Assembly: GCA_020720805.1 (NCBI GenBank)
Contig: DYNZ01000004.1
Span: 19,103-83,102, forward strand
Reading direction: 5' to 3'
Source: Leptospira biflexa
GTDB taxonomy: Bacteria; Spirochaetota; DYNZ01
DNA: 64,000 bases
In this document: positions 57,118 to 64,000 of the stretch, piece by piece
Layout of the letters: each line of letters starts with the position of its first letter
How positions within the stretch are numbered: the first letter of the stretch is position 1
Program-made: the position numbers and the translations under genes
Notes under the pieces: generated by a model
Told to the model about the DNA's origin: nothing
The model's input: the letters and a program-made list of their open reading frames with translations, nothing else
Database searches by the model: none

Positions 57118-58335
57118 ATGAAAATGGCAACGCTAATATCAGGTATCCTAATGGTTGTATTAGGAATTTTTTCATTAATATTCTATGATCACTATTGGTC
57201 GCCAAAGCGTCAGGCTGAAACGATGTTGCGCGAAGCGATTCTCATTGCAGAGCGCAAGACTCCTGAGGCTACCAATGATGCGCTAAAGATTCTTACATCG
57301 ATTTATGCAAAATACCAGGAGTTGCCTGTTGCCAGCAGGGCGTTGATGCACATCGGTTTGGCTTATGAAAAACTGGGATTAAATGAAAGCGCTCTTGAGA
57401 AGTATAATTTTCTAAAAAGCAATGCGCGGGGATTGAACAGGAGTGAACAGGATCTTATTAGCAAACGAATTGCCCACATTCAAATTTTAAGGAATTATTC
57501 CGATGAAGCTGTTTCTCAGTTGTACCAGCTATTGAGTCGAAGTACAGATATGAGGTTTCGGAGTCAGATTTACACTGAGTTAGGAATGCTATATTATAAA
57601 GAGGGTCAGTTGAAAAAAGCCCTTAACGCCTACTCCATTGCAGAAAAGGAGTATGGCCACAATCGCAATGCGACTCTCGGAAAAGCACAGGTATTAAAAG
57701 CGCTTGGTGATCACGACCAGGCATTTGGTATCTATCAGGGTTTTCTCAAATATGGCTTTGAGGGTTCGGATGAATCTAAAGAGGTCAGCTTTCATTTTCG
57801 TAATCAGGCGTACCAACGCGGTAGAGAAAGTCTGGAGAGAAAGAGTTATTGGCAGGCAGTCAGATATTTTCGCATTGTTTTGGATAAATTTCCGGCAAGT
57901 CAAGAAGCATCGCAATCGCTTTACTGGATAGCAGAGGCCTATTTTGGATTAGGAAAATTTTATCCTGCAATAGAGTATTTTAAGCGTGTAGCCGTTTTGG
58001 ATAAGCATGACAAAAAAGATGACGCTTTATTCAAATTGGGAGAAAGCTATTTTGAGTTGAAAAAATTTGAAATTGCTGCAAAATATTTCAATGATATTAT
58101 CCGTTACTATCCTGGAAGCTCATATTTTAATCTGGCAAAAGAGTGGAAGGAACAGTGCGAAAATGAAATTCTAAGCAGAATGAAAAGCTCGCAGAGAAAT
58201 GTGCCGCTGCCCGAAGAGCGCACCTTTTCAAATCAAAAAGATGAAACGGATATAAGCCAGGATGAACCCCGCAACCATAGCGCAGGTAATACCAAAGTAA
58301 CAGCTCCTTCAGGTAAAGGATTTACGGAACTTTGA
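57118..58335 (+). CDS. TPR-repeat protein with an N-terminal membrane anchor.
   Basis: N-terminal hydrophobic helix, then at least 6 TPR-like repeats. It starts 15 nt after the previous gene. Confidence 0.65.
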   Translation: MKMATLISGILMVVLGIFSLIFYDHYWSPKRQAETMLREAILIAERKTPEATNDALKILTSIYAKYQELPVASRALMHIGLAYEKLGLNESALEKYNFLKSNARGLNRSEQDLISKRIAHIQILRNYSDEAVSQLYQLLSRSTDMRFRSQIYTELGMLYYKEGQLKKALNAYSIAEKEYGHNRNATLGKAQVLKALGDHDQAFGIYQGFLKYGFEGSDESKEVSFHFRNQAYQRGRESLERKSYWQAVRYFRIVLDKFPASQEASQSLYWIAEAYFGLGKFYPAIEYFKRVAVLDKHDKKDDALFKLGESYFELKKFEIAAKYFNDIIRYYPGSSYFNLAKEWKEQCENEILSRMKSSQRNVPLPEERTFSNQKDETDISQDEPRNHSAGNTKVTAPSGKGFTEL

Positions 58336-58389
58336 ATTGGGCCGAACACCTTCGTGGCTATTTGTGTCCACGAAGGTGTCATCCCCGTT

Positions 58390-59790
58390 TTACTCGCGGT
58401 ACCATCTTGTACCCTGAGGTGTATCCTCAATGATAATGCCATCCTGCTTTAGTATGTCGCGAATTTCGTCAGCCCTCTTAAAATTTTTATCTGCTCTTGC
58501 TTTCTGTCTTTCCTGCACAAGATTGTGAATGGTTTCGTTCCTATTGTCGGAGTTTTCCTCCTGTGTTGGAAAAATAAACCCAAAAACAGCATCTAGGGAC
58601 TTTAGGTGAGAGATAAGCGCGCTAACAGAGATGTCCCCTTCATTGACCGGCTGTTCCAATGCCTGGTTTGCAAGATGAATCAGGGAGAAGAGTACCGCGA
58701 GTGCTTCTGATATGTTGAGATCTTGATCCATTGCCGTTTCAAAATCCTGAAGGTGTTGCTGTACTGTGATTGTGGACAGAAGGGGGCGCTCTACAGGTAC
58801 CTCATAGAGGCGCCGGGTTAAACTATCAATTTTTTTAAGGGCATGGCGCGCTGATATTAATCCATCCAGAGTAAAATTCAATTTTTTTCGGTAATGTGCT
58901 GAAATGAGTAGATAACGTATTTCTCTTCCCGTATAACCCCGTTCAATCAAATCATTTAATGTATAGAGGTTTCCTAGAGATTTGCTCATTTTTTGATTTT
59001 CTACTAAAAGATGTTCAACATGGAGCCAATAGCGCACAAAGGTATGATTGCCGCAAGCTTCGCTTTGTGCGATTTCATTCTCATGGTGAGGAAAAATAAG
59101 GTCAACACCACCGGTATGGATATCCAGGGATTCTCCCAGAATCTCCTGGGACATGGCAGAGCATTCAATATGCCAACCTGGACGACCGGCTCCAAAGGGG
59201 GTTTCCCAGAATGGCTCATTTTCCTTCCTGCTTTTCCAAAGGACAAAATCGCGGATGTCATCTTTATCATATTCATCAGCATCATAACGAGTGCCGCTTT
59301 GTAAACCTTGGGTGTCGATTCTTGAAAGGCGGCCATATTTGGGAAATTTTGCAATTTTGAAATATGTGGATCCATCGCTTTGATAGGTGAAATTCTGTTC
59401 ATTCAGTTTTTCAATAAACTTCACCATATGCGGGATGTAATCGGTTGCTTTGGGATTGTGTTCAACCGGTTCGATATTTAAGGATTTGCAATCCTGAAAA
59501 AAGATATTGGTATATTTGGTGGTAAAGTCTTGAAGGGAGAGATTCTTTTTTTGAGAACCAGTTATTGTTTTATCGTCAATATCAGTGATATTCAACACAT
59601 GGTTTACCCCATAACCTTTATATTTGAGATATCGACGCAATAAATCATTAAAGATAAAGGTTCGAAAATTGCCAATATGCGCATAATTGTAGACAGTTGG
59701 ACCACAGGAATAGATTTTGACCTGATCTGGATTTTGCGGTAAGAATGTTTCAAGCTGCCGGCTCATAGAATTGTAAAATTGCAGTGTCAT
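58390..59790 (-). CDS. cysS: Cysteine--tRNA ligase.
   Basis: Class I motifs HIGN (CGPTVYNYAHIGNFRTF) and KMSKS. 466 aa. Confidence 0.95.
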   Translation of the reverse strand: MTLQFYNSMSRQLETFLPQNPDQVKIYSCGPTVYNYAHIGNFRTFIFNDLLRRYLKYKGYGVNHVLNITDIDDKTITGSQKKNLSLQDFTTKYTNIFFQDCKSLNIEPVEHNPKATDYIPHMVKFIEKLNEQNFTYQSDGSTYFKIAKFPKYGRLSRIDTQGLQSGTRYDADEYDKDDIRDFVLWKSRKENEPFWETPFGAGRPGWHIECSAMSQEILGESLDIHTGGVDLIFPHHENEIAQSEACGNHTFVRYWLHVEHLLVENQKMSKSLGNLYTLNDLIERGYTGREIRYLLISAHYRKKLNFTLDGLISARHALKKIDSLTRRLYEVPVERPLLSTITVQQHLQDFETAMDQDLNISEALAVLFSLIHLANQALEQPVNEGDISVSALISHLKSLDAVFGFIFPTQEENSDNRNETIHNLVQERQKARADKNFKRADEIRDILKQDGIIIEDTPQGTRWYRE

Positions 59791-59813
59791 AGGATCCTCA
59801 ACATTGGCTCAAA

Positions 59814-60767
59814 TTGAATATGAATCAAATCATAAGAAAACCTTCCGAAATCAACCAGTTTTTCCAGGAAAATGGCGGTGCGCCGTTAAAAAAGCTGGGA
59901 CAGAATTTTTTCATAAATGAGGCTTTGCTCCGCAATCTGGTTCAGGAGATTCGCGAGCCATCTATACAGAGAATACTGGAAATTGGACCAGGATTCGGTA
60001 TGTTGACGCAGCTGATCGCAATGCGGTATGGACGGTGCCGTCCAGAGGTGTTTTTGTTGGAAAAAGACACAATGCTTTGTAAATACCTCCAGCAAACCAT
60101 TCCTGTTGCGATCCACGATGTTCCGATGCAGATTGTATGTGGAGATTTTTTAAAGCCCCCTCAGGAGTTTTTGGATGTTATCGACTTCTGGAAAAAAGAG
60201 CAGCGGGAGCGCAGCAATCAAAATTTACCGGCGTTTCATTATCTATTAGCAGGAAATTTGCCTTACCATATTAGTTCTGATGTATTACTGTGGATGCTTG
60301 AACAGAATTTATTTTCCTCCGGTTTTTTTGTTCTTCAGGATGAGTTTGTGGAAAAACTGGTGCGTCCTGGAAATAGATTAAACCATTGGGTCTTAGCGCA
60401 TGGTTCAGTTACAATTTTAAAAAAAATAGATAAAAATAATTTTTTTCCAGTCCCCGGTGTTGATAGCAGGGCATTTTTATATCAACGGGATCAAAGTCGA
60501 ATAGATGTTTTTCTACAAAAAAATGGATATGCAATTTCAACCAATCAGTTTTTTAAGGCTCTGGAAAAAATATTAAAAATCCTTTTTTGGGCCAATAGAA
60601 AAACGGTTCAGTCTATATTAAAAACGAATCCCCATCAACCATACGATGTTAACGTTATCCAACGCTGGCATGAGGTTTTTGCTATCGATTTTCAAAAAAG
60701 GCCAGAAGAGTTGGAAGCGGAAGAGGTCTGGCAATTGGCAATTGGCTCTCTTTTGTTCCTGAAATAG
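59814..60767 (+). CDS. rsmA: 16S rRNA (adenine1518/1519-N6)-dimethyltransferase RsmA/KsgA with internal insertions.
   Basis: LGQNFFINE, SAM-binding EIGPGFGMLT and LAGNLPYHISS motifs. 317 aa. Confidence 0.8.
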   Translation: MNMNQIIRKPSEINQFFQENGGAPLKKLGQNFFINEALLRNLVQEIREPSIQRILEIGPGFGMLTQLIAMRYGRCRPEVFLLEKDTMLCKYLQQTIPVAIHDVPMQIVCGDFLKPPQEFLDVIDFWKKEQRERSNQNLPAFHYLLAGNLPYHISSDVLLWMLEQNLFSSGFFVLQDEFVEKLVRPGNRLNHWVLAHGSVTILKKIDKNNFFPVPGVDSRAFLYQRDQSRIDVFLQKNGYAISTNQFFKALEKILKILFWANRKTVQSILKTNPHQPYDVNVIQRWHEVFAIDFQKRPEELEAEEVWQLAIGSLLFLK

Positions 60768-60771
60768 AGGT

Positions 60772-63402
60772 TTGGTTATGGCTAAAATTACTTTGGACGA
60801 AAAAGGAATGGAATTTGATAGAAAATGGTTTCCTTCCTGGTTTCCGCATCCTATGTCGCCTGCGCGGGATAAGGCTATTCATTTTTTCTCGAAAATTTTG
60901 GCGGTAGCTAATCCTGCGCAATACCTGGGCGATGAGTACCAGTCCGTTCAGAAAGATCTGGCAAAAATGGAAGTGCGTATTGCGCTATCCTATCCAGATC
61001 TTTATGAAATTGGTATGGCGAATAGAGGAATCGCCTTATTATATGAAGCGGTTAATCGGTTAGATTTCGCGTATGCTGAGCGTGTTTTTGCGCCCTGGCT
61101 GGATATGGAAAAACTGCTTCGCTCAGAGAATTATAAACTCTTTACTTTGGAAAGCGCTACTCCTGTTGCTTTAATGGACATCTGGGGTTTTAACCTCAAT
61201 CATGAATTATTGATAAGCAATGTTTTGCTCATGCTTGATCTTGCTGGATTGCCTTTGTTGGTCGAGCAACGTAGCGAAGAGGATCCTATCATTATCTTTG
61301 CTGGTTCCGCTTCTTCAAATCCTGAACCGCTCAGGAGATTTGCCGACCTTTTTTTTATTGGTGAAGGAGAAGATGCTATTCTTGAGATTTGCAATATCGT
61401 TAGAGATTCTAAAAAGAGAAAATTATCGCGAAAAGCAAGAATTCAAAGACTTTCTGAAATCATCGGCCTTGGGCATCCTAATATTGATAACAATCGAATT
61501 GCAAAACGGTATATCACGAATCCTCAAATGCATTTGATTGAAAAGCCCATTTTGTCGAATATAAAAATTTCACAAAATCGAATGGTAGTCGAACTTGCCA
61601 GGGGATGCGGTTGGGGTTGTCGTTTTTGCCAGGCAGGCTTTATTAAAAGGCCTCTTCGGAATTTTCGAAATGTGGATGCTGACGCAATCGTCCAGAAAAC
61701 TAAAGAAGCAGGTTGGGAAGAGATTAGTCTTAATGCATTATCGATTGGAGATTTTCCTGGATTGGCCGATCTTATTGATTCATTAACCGAAAAGGCCTAT
61801 CCTGCCGGAATTTCAATAAGTTTACCATCCCTGCGTATAGATAATGAGAGTGCTGACATCATTGAAATTACAGGAGGTGTGCGCAAGAGTTCATTGACAT
61901 TTGCTTTGGAAAGCGGCTCCTCCTATATTCGTAATGTGATTCGAAAAAATATTGTTGAAGAAGATTTATATAAAATGTCCTATATTTTTTACCGAAGAGG
62001 ATGGGATATTATTAAAATCTATTTTATGTTAGGTTTGCCAAATTTTCACAATATTGATGAAGCTGGTGAAATCATCAGGGTTCTTGATAATATGTCAAAA
62101 CTTGCGTCAGCTGTTTCGCCTCGTAAAAGAGTTCATGTTACAGTTTCGCCGTTTGTGCCTAAGGCGCATACACCATTTCAATGGGTAGCCATGCAATCTA
62201 TGGAGTATTTTGAAACTTCTCTTCGAAGGATTCGTGCACAGGTCAGCAAACGGGTGCAGGTTAAATATCATGACCCCAAAATGTCTATCTTAGAATCGGC
62301 GCTTTCGCGTGGTGATCAATCCGTTGGCAGTGCCATAGAAAAAGCGTATCAAGATGGTTGCCGCTTTGATGGTTGGAGCGAAACGTTTCATTACTCACTT
62401 TGGCAAAAAGCCTTTGAAGATAGTGGTTTGAATTTACTTTATATTGCATCTCGTGGTTTTGATATCACTGAACCATTGCCATGGCAATATATTGAGGCAG
62501 CTCATCAGAAGCAGCTTCAATATGATTATTTGAAATCAAAAAAGATCAGTATGGAAAATAATCATAAAGATCCTGATCAGGATATTATAATGGGAATTAT
62601 AGAACACCAAAAAAGACAAATTGGAGGGAAGAGCAGACGTAACAATCCAGAAACCACATTAGGCTTAGAAGAAAGGCAACTCATTGAAAAAAAATGGATC
62701 ATATCATTTAGCAAGCAGGGTGTATTGCGATTTATCTCTCATTTAGATTATTTGGAACTTGTCAAATCTGTGTTAAGAAGAGCCGGATTGCCTTTGACTT
62801 TGAGTCAAGGATTTCATTCCAGAGAAAAAATAACATTACCGCCGGCGCTAAGCCTCGGTATCAGCAGCATGGCTGAACCATTTTTAATCTCGTTTTTTTC
62901 AAACCAGGATCTTGCTACGGATGAGGTGCGACAAAAAATACAAAGTCAATTACCTCTTCAAAATAGAGTAGGGAAGATCTACCCTTGGGAAGGAAAGTTA
63001 ATTTTTGATAACGTGACTTATTATATCTATTTGCAAGAAAAAATTTTTGAAAATACGGATCAGCAATGGCTATATGAAAGTTTTTCGCAATTTATAAAGA
63101 CAGGAGAATACCACAAAGAGAAAAAAAGTTCTGGAATGAAGCATGGTAAAAGAAATCGAACGATTCAATCTTCAATTCAAACATTAAAGAAAATTATTGA
63201 AGCAGTACTGGAAACGAACATCGAGAGATCTCTGGCATCCTTCCAGAAGCCGTTTGCTGAATTCAAAATAAAATTAAACGATCAAAATGCGATAGGTATT
63301 GCAGCAATGTTAAATCTCTACACAATGCAAACATGGGACTTACCATGGCATCGTTGCTTTTTTGTAGAAAGGATTGCTTTAAATGGAGAAACTTTTATTT
63401 AA
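60772..63402 (+). CDS. Fused radical SAM protein: a B12-binding-like/radical SAM (TIGR03960-like) N-terminal part and a DUF2344 (TIGR03936-like) C-terminal part.
   Basis: Canonical CxxxCxxC (ARGCGWGCRFCQAGF). The C-terminal module RFISHLDYLELVKSVLRRAGLPLTLSQGFHSREKITLPPALSLGISS matches the DUF2344 signature. Confidence 0.7.
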   Translation: MVMAKITLDEKGMEFDRKWFPSWFPHPMSPARDKAIHFFSKILAVANPAQYLGDEYQSVQKDLAKMEVRIALSYPDLYEIGMANRGIALLYEAVNRLDFAYAERVFAPWLDMEKLLRSENYKLFTLESATPVALMDIWGFNLNHELLISNVLLMLDLAGLPLLVEQRSEEDPIIIFAGSASSNPEPLRRFADLFFIGEGEDAILEICNIVRDSKKRKLSRKARIQRLSEIIGLGHPNIDNNRIAKRYITNPQMHLIEKPILSNIKISQNRMVVELARGCGWGCRFCQAGFIKRPLRNFRNVDADAIVQKTKEAGWEEISLNALSIGDFPGLADLIDSLTEKAYPAGISISLPSLRIDNESADIIEITGGVRKSSLTFALESGSSYIRNVIRKNIVEEDLYKMSYIFYRRGWDIIKIYFMLGLPNFHNIDEAGEIIRVLDNMSKLASAVSPRKRVHVTVSPFVPKAHTPFQWVAMQSMEYFETSLRRIRAQVSKRVQVKYHDPKMSILESALSRGDQSVGSAIEKAYQDGCRFDGWSETFHYSLWQKAFEDSGLNLLYIASRGFDITEPLPWQYIEAAHQKQLQYDYLKSKKISMENNHKDPDQDIIMGIIEHQKRQIGGKSRRNNPETTLGLEERQLIEKKWIISFSKQGVLRFISHLDYLELVKSVLRRAGLPLTLSQGFHSREKITLPPALSLGISSMAEPFLISFFSNQDLATDEVRQKIQSQLPLQNRVGKIYPWEGKLIFDNVTYYIYLQEKIFENTDQQWLYESFSQFIKTGEYHKEKKSSGMKHGKRNRTIQSSIQTLKKIIEAVLETNIERSLASFQKPFAEFKIKLNDQNAIGIAAMLNLYTMQTWDLPWHRCFFVERIALNGETFI

Positions 63403-63451
63403 ATTCAGCAATAATTCATTCAGACATTTCAGGGCGATGCTAGTGAAAGGC

Positions 63452-64000
63452 TTACAAAGATGATTGGTCTAGCTCGATATTAAATTTTTTTACCATTTCC
63501 GGAACAACTCGTTTTATTTCATCATTATATTCGCTGTTTTCATCGGGAAAATGTTGAAAGGAAATAGCAAGACTGGCTATTAAAAATTTATATTCCAGAA
63601 AAAATTCCGATTCTTTGTTTTGAATGAATGGAAAAAGCAGTAGAATCAATTTATGAATAAAAATGCTTTCGTGGGGATTCAGAAAAAATGCCTCGATAAT
63701 TTTAATTTCTTCGTTAATAAAGGCCAGAAAAACATAGAGCATTAGTTCCTCAAGAGATACAAAAGTACTGTCTTCGATGAGTTGTTCTGCTGTTATTTTT
63801 TTCTGTTTATAATTCTGAAGCTGCCGCAAATTGTCTGTAAGTAAATTTTTATCATCACCAGGAAATCTTTCGGTGTGCTTTTGAAAAAGTTTTTGCGTAA
63901 GCAGTTTGTCACCATTGTTGGCTGCGGCAATCACTCGGTAAAGGGAAAGCAATCGAATTCCTTCATTTTCTTCAACTTCTCTTTCGTTGCCGGTCGGTTG
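63452..64000 (-). CDS. Hypothetical protein, probably 5'-truncated by the window end. The frame stays open upstream of the TTG at 63952 up to position 64000.
   Basis: 166+ aa ORF with no recognisable domain. The in-frame upstream codons (..NEREVEENEGIR..) carry no stop. Confidence 0.4.
   Translation of the reverse strand, partial: QPTGNEREVEENEGIRLLSLYRVIAAANNGDKLLTQKLFQKHTERFPGDDKNLLTDNLRQLQNYKQKKITAEQLIEDSTFVSLEELMLYVFLAFINEEIKIIEAFFLNPHESIFIHKLILLLFPFIQNKESEFFLEYKFLIASLAISFQHFPDENSEYNDEIKRVVPEMVKKFNIELDQSSL

Noticed and set aside
1-64000. CRISPR arrays, IS elements, integrases and prophage genes.
   Set aside because: No direct-repeat/spacer periodicity was found. No transposase, integrase or phage protein signature was found. 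There are no flanking tRNA genes. The window looks like stable core chromosome.

Overview
This 64-kb window is a moderately AT-rich chromosomal segment dominated by conserved housekeeping genes. I found no rRNA or tRNA genes, no CRISPR array, and no transposase, integrase or phage genes. The + strand carries two long co-directional blocks. The first is rpsB-tsf-pyrH-frr-uppS-cdsA-dxr-rseP-proS, followed by rimP-like-nusA-infB-rbfA-truB-rpsO-pnp-M16 peptidase-RNase J-ftsK-rplM-rpsI-alaS-yajQ. On the - strand a trmH-family/DUF503/Gfo-Idh-MocA oxidoreductase/tmk/membrane-protein operon follows. After it come radA, an Slt-type lytic transglycosylase, pdxA, rplS, rnhB, cysS, ksgA/rsmA and two radical-SAM proteins. 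The window starts inside an etfA-thiolase pair, so etfA is 5'-truncated, and it ends inside an unannotatable ORF. Many highly expressed genes start with TTG or GTG (rpsB, tsf, pyrH, cdsA, dxr, rpsO). The non-core content lies mainly in three stretches: 2.4-11.9 kb, 48.4-51.7 kb and 53-58 kb. These stretches hold three bactofilin paralogs. One sits in a string with a LysM/M23 peptidase, a zinc-ribbon ORF and a minimal 432-aa UvrD-like helicase. Another is translationally coupled to pdxA. The same stretches also hold two orphan STAS anti-sigma-antagonist proteins, a 2TM-HAMP-TPR membrane protein, a FlaA-like secreted protein, and a secreted 4x FN3-like repeat protein paired with a TPR protein. 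A 451-bp intergenic region there carries two tandem perfect hairpins. Several bactofilins, STAS and TPR proteins, and a FlaA-like protein together suggest a spirochete-like (possibly Leptospiraceae-like) organism. That lineage guess is inference only. All calls are by eye from the translations; no searches were run.
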